The notes beneath the pieces were generated by a model that saw only the letters and a list, made by a program, of their open reading frames with translations, did no database searches and was not told where the DNA came from. A DNA stretch of 64,000 nt from a bacterium (GTDB taxonomy: Bacteria > Patescibacteriota > Microgenomatia > Curtissbacterales > GWA2-41-24): positions 7,941-71,940 of the forward strand of contig JAKALT010000004.1 of the NCBI GenBank assembly GCA_021813125.1, in the 5' to 3' direction. A program made the translations under genes and the position numbers. Every line of letters starts with the position of its first letter. Position 1 is the first letter of the stretch. Below, one piece after another: positions 28,401 to 36,067 of this stretch.

Positions 28401-30241
28401 ACGGAGGCACTAATAGACCATGTTGATGGTGTTGGTGATGGTGGAGGGGGCGCGCCAATTGTTACGGTTCCGGAAAGACCTGAGGCATCAATTGAGGTGA
28501 TTGAGATTGTTACACCGTTTGTGGGGTCGGAAAAGCTAGTACCGGGTTTAAAAGCGGCATCTATTAAATCTGTCCAGTCATTTGGGTCAGCTGATGTGGA
28601 ATCTGGTGTTGAGTCTATTAAATAACTGTGGATATCCCCTGGTTGGTTAAAACGAATTAGGGCGCCGTTTTGTCCCGCAGATGGAATTCCTGTATCTAAT
28701 CCAGTAGGTTGCCGCCATTCCACATAGTACCAGGATACAGTTCCCCCCATAGGTTCGGTGATCCTGGGTACTTTGATAACATTAATGCAGCTGGTACTTT
28801 CGAAAGGACACAGACGAAATGGGCTTGAACTGGTGATAGTTTGTGTATTTCCACTATTGAGCCACCCATAAATATCCTTGTGAGGAGCGTCCACATCGAA
28901 AACATCAACTCCCATTACAGAATAAAGACCGTTGTATTCCTGGGTTGTGCATCCTGTTGTGGTATATATTGCCGAGCCACAATCCCAGTCATTTGAATGG
29001 TCAGCACCTAGCTGGTGGCCAATTTCGTGTGTGAGGCCATGATTGCCAAAATTTTGATTACCGAAAGGGGTGACATAAGCACCATTAGTGGAAGATGTGA
29101 AACCTATGGTAACAGATTTTGTACCTGTGGAATCGACGATGGGGTACGTGACGGGAGGCATCCATGCAAACCCAAGTGAGGTATTGCAGTTAACTACGAA
29201 ATGTACATGTCCATATTGGGTAAAATCGACGCTTGCTGTTGAGGCATTGATGAAGTCAGGGATTTGGGTCCATAGTGCTACCGGATCATTATTACAACTG
29301 GTCCCTACATTTAATGGGATATTAAACCAACCGTATACGTCAGGTTGAATGTCTAGCTGGCCATTAGAGGAGGCTAAAAAAAAATTTTTCATAAAATTGA
29401 CATAACCTTCAACGTCGGTTTTTGAGCCATTTGGATATTCAGGAGGCTGGTCTTGCCAACGAACTAAAATAACGGCTACCTTTTGAGGGCCTGTGGAGAT
29501 AGATGTTCCCTGAACATTGCTTGTTTTGGAGTCTTTTACCAATACAGTGTTGTCCCACTTATAACCATCAACAGAAATTCTTGCTCCGTTTTGGTTAGGT
29601 TCATCAACGAACTTTAGAAGGTAAACTTCTTTCGGGCTTTGTTGGAGCATGTTTACTCTTTGAGGTTTCTCGTTGGCCTTTTCTATATATGTTTGAAGCA
29701 GAGTTCCTTCCTTGTTGAACGATTGTTCCAAGTCGTTTGGAGCTAAATCCTGAATAGGCTTGCGTTCGGCGTCGGGGATTGACAAGGCTAAGGCTTCGGA
29801 TATTTTATCTTCCTTGATTAGGGATAAAACTTCTTTTTTACGAGCTGCTGCTGTTTCTTTTATTTTCGATTCTAAAGCTTCTTTTTCCTTCCCTTGTGAT
29901 TTTTCATACTTTTTAGCCAGGGAAACTAATTCGGAGGTATCTTTTTGAGCCTGGGTGACAGTTGATGGAGCTGGCGAAGGTTTATGTTTTAAAAGTTTAA
30001 AGCCGAATATTAAGACAGATATTATGGACACTAAAAGCAGGACAATTAGGCTTATCTTGCGGAGAAATTTGAAATTTGGTGGAGGTTTTTGCGGATTTGG
30101 CGGCTGGTTTTGGAATTTGGTACCGGGATTTTCACCAAGCTGATTTGCAGTCGGTGACTGGAGACCGCCATTTAATGTCCCTTCGAGGCTGAAAGGCGTG
30201 GCCATACAAACAGTGTACATTTGATATATAACGTGTGACAA
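25436..30241 (-). CDS. Giant membrane-anchored metzincin-type zinc metalloprotease (1601 aa) with multiple beta-rich domains and Pro/Thr linkers
   Basis: HEIGHQLGADH (aa 405-415) matches the HExxHxxGxxH metzincin motif. A candidate Met-turn, LYSVMG, lies about 30 aa downstream. An N-terminal TM anchor spans aa 61-83. PTPTPTP linkers are present, and the C-terminal region is Cys-rich. Confidence 0.6.
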   Translation of the reverse strand: MSHVIYQMYTVCMATPFSLEGTLNGGLQSPTANQLGENPGTKFQNQPPNPQKPPPNFKFLRKISLIVLLLVSIISVLIFGFKLLKHKPSPAPSTVTQAQKDTSELVSLAKKYEKSQGKEKEALESKIKETAAARKKEVLSLIKEDKISEALALSIPDAERKPIQDLAPNDLEQSFNKEGTLLQTYIEKANEKPQRVNMLQQSPKEVYLLKFVDEPNQNGARISVDGYKWDNTVLVKDSKTSNVQGTSISTGPQKVAVILVRWQDQPPEYPNGSKTDVEGYVNFMKNFFLASSNGQLDIQPDVYGWFNIPLNVGTSCNNDPVALWTQIPDFINASTASVDFTQYGHVHFVVNCNTSLGFAWMPPVTYPIVDSTGTKSVTIGFTSSTNGAYVTPFGNQNFGNHGLTHEIGHQLGADHSNDWDCGSAIYTTTGCTTQEYNGLYSVMGVDVFDVDAPHKDIYGWLNSGNTQTITSSSPFRLCPFESTSCINVIKVPRITEPMGGTVSWYYVEWRQPTGLDTGIPSAGQNGALIRFNQPGDIHSYLIDSTPDSTSADPNDWTDLIDAAFKPGTSFSDPTNGVTISITSIDASGLSGTVTIGAPPPPSPTPSTWSISASVSGNTVTFSHTPPNGNFGVWAAPNCDFTVPPAFDSGPLPIGSPNTTIWNSAPPGTYCGGLVYGFSVLAKTPNFTIGGPPPPGECNQINTGQYKLKDPPSISGTNANFTFENGSLSLPILSSQEVYLNIIDANTGLPATGGNIHVSGNSQIWNGYNGTFCAALTYFTAQISNAVRITLSSTPPTPTPNPTPTPPPPPKPEACSNAVQTDNLTDHYITDDKGNPQDPNFTFTIKGTGAPGSTVTAVTDPPNKQFTFTLDMSKLQAIFADNNSNYTEGRYQDPNHQQAPLTSVTTEDRDNFFGPNQKAGSKVLTNQLRVKYVNYVYNKPTLAESTSIITDVNGLNPHTIYDMVQKWGAPNPDSANFQSTWGPYWVKIPTAYNEYYEGKLEFKVGVGSDMITQIKNGGTCPVPFDSRPPITFIMPDTFRAAATTGITNMMLAPKIAQSTQNNLILQASTQGTQNVLAKIIKRCVFLASQNPLTKALKKVVSYLQIENIHPIKNAYAASDPTCVKVLGNGRSGTAPYCAVPAGQLPAGTCSQPNANDPNQLDPQNTNVVCNITFTFSKQMDLPTSGNGQWDSCAITAGIETCTATVSVWPVFRIPWIGEIWNHTLASDTAENIDGPNSIQKTGRPGVYAFFTPNLVLQSANQGQQDPLAAHLQDLLDQCKAGDCSGLLNWANLPESDNFPQIKKCVEDNLLNLPALKTCASLMAESIISGLTKKLPGQVGGASLGVSTSNVLGDTTGEGKQPLIGSTDCFKMFVRDMALKPLVLQHYQNIDTSCIPKPTMTPNPTTSPTPPPTPGPTPTPTPLPTLPPEATPTPTPKPTPTPTPKATPTPTPTPPNTSLNLSWGRPWGYAGFVDVNKKTSDCRSTSLSCSTPKFIFWPGSSLIFEVRVTDGTGPIIKSGGTRANADGSASMSWGWSYVAVVYPASFSSCSAAGSLCKTQTINDNSTLPQATFTGLQPSTTYQETVCAPNCGTGLVIFSSNKST

Positions 30242-30268
30242 GTGACATGGGATAATCGTGGGTAATCT

Positions 30269-30628
30269 CTAGCTTGTAAACCTTACGTTTGAGAGGTCAA
30301 ACCCCAGAAGATTTTGAAGAAGCAGAATTATAAGCCAGGAAACTACCACCAAAATAATGCCAATTAGGGCATAAGTCATGGTGTTTCTGGCTCCAGCCGT
30401 AGCTTTCGGGTCTCCTCCGGACATCAGAAACTGAAAACCGCCAACCAGCAACATAAAGAAAAAGGCAATCCCAGCAGCCGGGGCCAAAAGGCCAATGATG
30501 TTTTTTATAACGTTTACAATATCCGCCAATTGGGCAGGCGTGTTGGGATCGCCCGGAACTGTACAGCCCGACAATACAAGTGCCAAGGCCGAAAAGGCAA
30601 TGAAATGCCTCAGCTTGTTGAAAACCAT
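30269..30628 (-). CDS. VirB2/TrbC-like (T4SS-type) pilin-like small protein
   Basis: 119 aa. A lipoprotein-like signal peptide (LSGC) is followed by two hydrophobic helices flanking the loop MSGGDPKATAGAR. Confidence 0.5.
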   Translation of the reverse strand: MVFNKLRHFIAFSALALVLSGCTVPGDPNTPAQLADIVNVIKNIIGLLAPAAGIAFFFMLLVGGFQFLMSGGDPKATAGARNTMTYALIGIILVVVSWLIILLLQNLLGFDLSNVRFTS

Positions 30629-31032
30629 TATGATCCAGCGACAGTTGGAATGGTTAATGATCCAGAGATGATTGTGACACCAAAGAATGTTTCAACAAGT
30701 TTGATGATTGCAAATGCCAGCAGAACGATAACCAAACCGATTAGGGCGGCTGTGATCATACCTCGTGCTCCGGCAACAGACTTTTCGTCTCCTCCTGCCG
30801 TGATCCACCTGAGACCACCGATCAAAAGGAAGATGAAGGCCAAAACGAAAGCGATCAAAAGAATGAACCTGATGACGGCTCTGACAATTTGGATGATGTC
30901 CGTGTTACCTTGAAGCTCACTTGGTACGATGTTTTGAGCAAAGACTGCCATTGGCAGAGTCATTGCTGCTGCTTGCAGTGCGGCGAAGCCGATTAATTTT
31001 TTAGCTTTTGACATATTTTCACCTCCTTTCAA
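30628..31032 (-). CDS. VirB2/TrbC-like pilin-like small protein
   Basis: 134 aa. A signal peptide is followed by two helices flanking TAGGDEKSVAGAR. It shares the AFAIIKLVETFFGVTI segment with the next gene. Confidence 0.5.
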   Translation of the reverse strand: MKGGENMSKAKKLIGFAALQAAAMTLPMAVFAQNIVPSELQGNTDIIQIVRAVIRFILLIAFVLAFIFLLIGGLRWITAGGDEKSVAGARGMITAALIGLVIVLLAFAIIKLVETFFGVTIISGSLTIPTVAGS

Positions 31033-31084
31033 AGTAAGTTACTTGCGAATAAAGTCTAGAACAAAAACTCATTTTTGCGCCCTA

Positions 31085-31423
31085 TTATCTTGTCGGTAGC
31101 TGGAAGCCGCCGGAAACAATTGTGACGCCAAAAAAAGTCTCTACTAATTTGATTATAGCAAAGGCACCGAGGACTACAATCATGCCAATCAAGCCCCAAT
31201 AAATTTGTGCCCAGGCGGAGGAAACAGATTTGGAATCGCTCCCTGATGTTATGAAGCGAAAACCTGCCAGAATTATCCAGATAAAAGAGAGTATGAAGCC
31301 GCCAATTAAGAGCATCGATATTGAACCTCGAATTAATCCGGCGACAAAGTTGGAGGGATTGCCGCCTACTGTCGGGACACCGCCCGGAGGATTGATTGTA
31401 CCTAGTTGGGCAAGATTAGTCAT
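31085..31423 (-). CDS. VirB2/TrbC-like pilin-like small protein
   Basis: 112 aa. Two hydrophobic helices flank TSGSDSKSVSSA, and the second helix is paralogous to that of the 30628-31032 gene. Confidence 0.45.
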   Translation of the reverse strand: MTNLAQLGTINPPGGVPTVGGNPSNFVAGLIRGSISMLLIGGFILSFIWIILAGFRFITSGSDSKSVSSAWAQIYWGLIGMIVVLGAFAIIKLVETFFGVTIVSGGFQLPTR

Positions 31424-32469
31424 TAGGTGATTGGTATATTAGACTGCAAAAAGTACTGTAAAATCCTGACTATCACAAAAGCCAAAACTATGACTGCAAT
31501 TCCAATGATAGCATAGGTTAAGGTACCCTTGGCGCTTGCAAGTTTTTTCTCATCACCTGAGGATGTTGCAAATTTAAAGCCTGCCAAAACAATGAAGAAA
31601 AGCGCTAAGGCACCTGCAAGGCTGACTAAGACTAACAGTACATCTGAGACAAGCTGCCCAAATGACCCAAAACGTTTAGCGGGTTGAAAAACGTCCATGA
31701 TATTGAAAGGCGGAGCAGGGTTGTCGGGGTTATTCCAGTTATTACAATTGTCGGGGGCGGTAAATGGGACAGTATTAGATATATCAACCCAGGCTAAACG
31801 TAGCACTGCCGTGTCTGCCCCTTTCTGGTGGGCAGTATAAGTGACAGAGGTGACACCATCGGGGATGATTGGGGAAGTATACCCAGCTCCCAAAACAGCC
31901 AGGGCACTATTGTGACCGGCACCAGGTGTACCGTCCTTTCTTGCAATAGAAAAAACAAAGTCGCAGCCGGCTGAACTTTGCAGAGCCAATGTGAAATTAA
32001 TTGCATCCCCCGGCGGCGGAGTAGGAGGAGGACCGCAGGTTGGTGCCGTGACGCTGGCCGGGGTTGGATAGGTATCGACAAGCCCATTCCAAATCCGCCA
32101 TTCATAGGTTACTCCGGGTGCGAACCCGCCTGACTCGTAGCTGAAAGGTCCTATCCCAATATTTGTTATTCCTGAAAGACCACCCCAGGTGTATGATGTG
32201 GTGGTTCCGGGGATATACTGACCTGGATGAGTGGCGTCCGGCCACGCTGCTCCTGGTTCTCTGACATCAAGATAATAATAACTGCTTATTTCGCTATCGT
32301 TCCATTCAAATTTGATAAACCCTGCATCCCCAAAGCATCCGGCTGTGGCAGTTAGATTGTAAGGAGTTGCAAAAACTGGTTTTGCTCCTTTTGCTAGGAA
32401 AACTGCAGCGAATACTAAGACGAAAGAAAATGAGATTAGGGTTTTTGCGAGTTTGCTATTAAGAAACAC
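31423..32469 (-). CDS. Secreted beta-rich protein with a C-terminal pilin-like module (putative adhesin-pilin fusion)
   Basis: 348 aa. A signal peptide is followed by a P/T/G-rich ectodomain. The C-terminus reads FIVLAGFKFATSSGDEKKLASAKGTLTYAIIGIAVIVLAF. There is a 1-nt overlap with the downstream gene. Confidence 0.5.
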   Translation of the reverse strand: MFLNSKLAKTLISFSFVLVFAAVFLAKGAKPVFATPYNLTATAGCFGDAGFIKFEWNDSEISSYYYLDVREPGAAWPDATHPGQYIPGTTTSYTWGGLSGITNIGIGPFSYESGGFAPGVTYEWRIWNGLVDTYPTPASVTAPTCGPPPTPPPGDAINFTLALQSSAGCDFVFSIARKDGTPGAGHNSALAVLGAGYTSPIIPDGVTSVTYTAHQKGADTAVLRLAWVDISNTVPFTAPDNCNNWNNPDNPAPPFNIMDVFQPAKRFGSFGQLVSDVLLVLVSLAGALALFFIVLAGFKFATSSGDEKKLASAKGTLTYAIIGIAVIVLAFVIVRILQYFLQSNIPIT

Positions 32470-34963
32470 CGGTGCCTCCTAAAAATAGTTTATCGACAAT
32501 TTGCAAAACTGCAAAGGCAAGGATAATAACGGCGAGGCCAATAAGGGCGAAAATGAGTCGATTTCTCGCCGAGGCTGCCGCTTCCGGGTTGCCGGAAGAT
32601 GTTATGAATTGAATTCCTGAGATGACGATTATGATAATCGAGAGGAATCCGGCTATGCCAAATATGTATGGCAGAATTGCAGAAATTATTCCGCCGGGTG
32701 TTGCAAGCGCACAGTTTTTTATCGGCCCCTGGACTACGCCTGCACCTCCCGGGAAAGCAAGCCAGCCGCATTTGTTGTTTTGAGGCAAAGTAAAGTCGAC
32801 AACTCCTGACTCTTCTGACATAAAAACCACAACAACAGCTTGATGATGTCCGTTAGGTAGGGCATTGAAGCGGACAATACCGCCGCCTGCTGGGACCGGT
32901 TGGCTTAAGCCGTCAAGGTCTTTAATTGCGACAATGGCTTCACCGCCTATTCCGGGACAATTATCAGTTGGGCATTTTACATTAAAGATGGCATCGTTTC
33001 CGTTTATGACACTGGCAAGATACATGGTCCATTGGATGGCGTCGGTTTTGCAGGGAACGTCTATATTAACTGGGTTAGAAACTTGGTTTGCAGCATAGAT
33101 TATTTCCGCGGTGTAGCTGGCGGGTGTTGCCGGTGCGTCCCAGACGACGCTGGAGACATTTTCTGGTATCGAGATTTCCGCGCCGGTTTCGTTGATGTGG
33201 ATGACGCTACTTTTTCCGGAATTGGGTGAGATGCCGAAAATCACTTTGTACTCAAAGCAATTGGTAATTGAAAGTGTCCAGGTGTTGCCCGGGGGCGGGT
33301 TGACGGTAAAAAACTGGGTATTGGAAACTGCTACTCCGAATGCCAGCTGAGCGCAATAGTCGCCAACAGGCGGGAAGTTCCAAGTGACTTGAGTATTGCC
33401 CGATGCTATGGCGCCGCTATCAAACGGTCTTGGTAAAACACCCCAGTTACAGACGTCCCCGCTGCGTGGAGCAACAACAAGGGCAATATTGCCATTTGAT
33501 TCTGGGGTAAATGAAAATAGGACGGATAGTTGATTACTGGCAACATTTGGCGGGTCCAGATGCCAAGTTGCGACTGCTTTTACGGTGAGGGTGTTTGTTG
33601 CACCTACCGTAAGGGCACAAAGGTTTTTGGTGACATCGTCCCTCGCCCCAACGAGATAAGTTGTGTCGCTTGGCACATTAGGGGCTGTTAGCGGAATATT
33701 GCCAAGCCCGGTTCTGGTCCCACTACTTGGAGCCGAAAGGGAATCAATCGCAGCAAAGAATGTATGGGTTGAGTCACCACTTATGATTGAAACAGTTATG
33801 CTTCCCCCCTCGTCTACTGTTGTTGGAGAGAAATTGTAACTGCATGGGGTAGGCGGGTTGACGTTGATAACAACAGAATCGCTGGCGCTTCCGCCGGGCC
33901 CATTACAATTTAAAGTGTACGTGGTATCTATGATTAAGCTAGGTGTGGGTTGACCGGGTGATGACGTACCACTCCAACCTCCAGGAGATACGGAGCATGT
34001 TGTGGAGTTTGTTGAGGACCAGGTAAGAGTGGCAGTAGCACCATAGCTAATGGTTATGGGGCCATTGGAACCGTTAGCTTTAATATCGGCAGTTGGTGCT
34101 GGTGCAGTTACTGTTACCGAACACGTGGCATTTTGGGTACCGCTTGTGACAGTGACGGTTTTGGTCCCGGCAGTTGAATAATTCGTTGCAAAGTTCGAGC
34201 CAGACCCAGAAGATGGTGTCCCTCCGGGTGCTGACCAGCTGAATGTTCCGGTGCCTGCCGCGGCTGTGAAATTGGCGTTGACTCCAGTTGTAACTGTTTG
34301 TGTTGGCGGTGAACAGGTAGGTGCCGGAGGCGGGGCGACATTAACTGTGACGGAGGCCGTAGCAGTTCCACTGACATTGGTGCAGGTTAAGGTGAAGGTA
34401 GTTGTGGATATAAGGTTGCCGGTTGGTTGGGTACCGCTTGTGGCAACGGATGTGCCATTTAGAGTGCAGGTATCTGCGTTTGTTGAAGTCCAGGTTAAGT
34501 CTGTTGACGTGTTATATGGAATATTGGTGCTGGCTGCGGTTATGGAGACAGTTGGTACGGGAGGGGCGATGACGGTGATTGTGATACCGGTAGTTGGAGA
34601 ACAGATTTCCGGAAATGGGGTGAGGGGGTTTGATGTTCCGGCTACAACTAAGAATGATCCAGAATATGATCGTGGGTCACCAGCACCAAATAGATCATCA
34701 AGGTTTACTGTGGTGGTGAAGGAATTGCTGGGTGTATTAAAGTTTGTGGGAAAGAGACTGCTGTCATATTTAATTACGTAATCCACGTTTGGTTGGAGGT
34801 TTTGGACTGTTACATTAAAAGACCCATGGGCGACAACTTCCGTTGTTGAGACAATCAACTGACAGCCGGCTTGGGCTTCTATAGGTTTTGGAGAAGCGGC
34901 AAAAGGCAGCAATATGAGAACAAACGTAAACAAAACGGCAGCTAACTTCAGGAACAGTTTCAT
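32459..34963 (-). CDS. Large secreted multi-Ig-like-domain protein with a C-terminal pilin-like module
   Basis: 834 aa. A signal peptide is followed by about 700 aa of T/S-rich repeated beta domains. The C-terminus reads IIVISGIQFITSSGNPEAAASARNRLIFALIGLAVIILAF. Confidence 0.5.
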   Translation of the reverse strand: MKLFLKLAAVLFTFVLILLPFAASPKPIEAQAGCQLIVSTTEVVAHGSFNVTVQNLQPNVDYVIKYDSSLFPTNFNTPSNSFTTTVNLDDLFGAGDPRSYSGSFLVVAGTSNPLTPFPEICSPTTGITITVIAPPVPTVSITAASTNIPYNTSTDLTWTSTNADTCTLNGTSVATSGTQPTGNLISTTTFTLTCTNVSGTATASVTVNVAPPPAPTCSPPTQTVTTGVNANFTAAAGTGTFSWSAPGGTPSSGSGSNFATNYSTAGTKTVTVTSGTQNATCSVTVTAPAPTADIKANGSNGPITISYGATATLTWSSTNSTTCSVSPGGWSGTSSPGQPTPSLIIDTTYTLNCNGPGGSASDSVVINVNPPTPCSYNFSPTTVDEGGSITVSIISGDSTHTFFAAIDSLSAPSSGTRTGLGNIPLTAPNVPSDTTYLVGARDDVTKNLCALTVGATNTLTVKAVATWHLDPPNVASNQLSVLFSFTPESNGNIALVVAPRSGDVCNWGVLPRPFDSGAIASGNTQVTWNFPPVGDYCAQLAFGVAVSNTQFFTVNPPPGNTWTLSITNCFEYKVIFGISPNSGKSSVIHINETGAEISIPENVSSVVWDAPATPASYTAEIIYAANQVSNPVNIDVPCKTDAIQWTMYLASVINGNDAIFNVKCPTDNCPGIGGEAIVAIKDLDGLSQPVPAGGGIVRFNALPNGHHQAVVVVFMSEESGVVDFTLPQNNKCGWLAFPGGAGVVQGPIKNCALATPGGIISAILPYIFGIAGFLSIIIIVISGIQFITSSGNPEAAASARNRLIFALIGLAVIILAFAVLQIVDKLFLGGTGVS

Positions 34964-35016
34964 CTCGGCTTAACTTAAATGTAGCATTTTTCGAAGATTG
35001 ACGCTAAAAGTAGCGA

Positions 35017-35946
35017 TTAAGAATTGTATACAAGCCCCGGTATAGGAACAATGGCAACACCTAAAAATTGCATAATTATCACGGAAAAGGCTATGAAAAG
35101 TGCTCCGGCTATGGCAGCGACGATCATTTCCCGGCCTCCCGACATTTTTTGAGGGTCGCCAGACGAAGTCATAACACGTATTGATCCGATGACCATAAGA
35201 ATTAAAGCGATGCCTCCCGATATACCGAGGGCAATGCGAAGAAGCGTTGTTGCAAAATCACCAATTTTAATAGGTATTGTGCCTATTGCTGTTTCGCACC
35301 CAGCCTTGCATGGGTTGAAACCTGCACTTGAAGTGCTACCAACGCTACCACTACCAATTCCATTTATAGGGTCTGCTATTGCAGCATAATGTTGGCACTG
35401 TGCAAGGTCGGTATAGGTACTGGGATATGAAGATACGCGGCATTGATAAGTATTGTTTGTATCCACATATATTTCATAATATGTGGTATCTGGAGGGTGA
35501 AAGTAGGGATCCTTGGAAGAATCATAAGGAATAGGGTCTGCGGTAGTACTCCCGCAATCGATCTCCTTTCCACTTATGAGTAGTTGCTTGTAATCAAAAG
35601 TATATGATCCACCGCTATATGGGATTTTGCCAGCAATTGAATAAGTTGTGCTTATTGCTGAATTGTAGGATATGTTTGTTATTTTAGTTTTACCTTTGTA
35701 TATTATTCCGAGCGAGTACCAGTCACCAGTATCGTAATAACCGGGGTTAGCTGCACCGGTCACCACAGCATTATTGAAAAAAAGCATGATCTGAGTTCCG
35801 TCTGAAGAAACCATGGAGAATACATAGGCAAGTTGACAAGTATCTGCTTGAGCATTTGGAGGTTTTATTAATACTGTTCCAAGGGTTAATAGAAAAATAA
35901 TGGCAAACGATAAAAAACCAGGAACAAACTTGAGGAGCAGTTTCAT
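35017..35946 (-). CDS. Secreted protein with a C-terminal pilin-like module
   Basis: 309 aa. The C-terminal roughly 95 aa (CKAGCETAIGTIPIKIGDFATTLL...VMTSSGDPQKMSGGR...) are about 90% identical to the C-terminus of the 36068-37432 gene. Confidence 0.5.
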   Translation of the reverse strand: MKLLLKFVPGFLSFAIIFLLTLGTVLIKPPNAQADTCQLAYVFSMVSSDGTQIMLFFNNAVVTGAANPGYYDTGDWYSLGIIYKGKTKITNISYNSAISTTYSIAGKIPYSGGSYTFDYKQLLISGKEIDCGSTTADPIPYDSSKDPYFHPPDTTYYEIYVDTNNTYQCRVSSYPSTYTDLAQCQHYAAIADPINGIGSGSVGSTSSAGFNPCKAGCETAIGTIPIKIGDFATTLLRIALGISGGIALILMVIGSIRVMTSSGDPQKMSGGREMIVAAIAGALFIAFSVIIMQFLGVAIVPIPGLVYNS

Positions 35947-36000
35947 ACGCTTATCTCAAATGTAGCATTTTTGGAGCTTTACCGCTAAGTTGCCAGGATA

Positions 36001-36045
36001 AAGGTCAGGCCTTTGCTAAGGATCGCCCAAGTTAAGCCTGACCTT
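36001..36045. repeat. Palindromic intergenic element, copy 5
   Basis: AAGGTCAGGCCTT...AAGCCTGACCTT, lying inside the pilin-module array between the 309-aa and 454-aa genes. Confidence 0.6.
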
Positions 36046-36067
36046 AGCTTTTGATATGGCTCCGATT

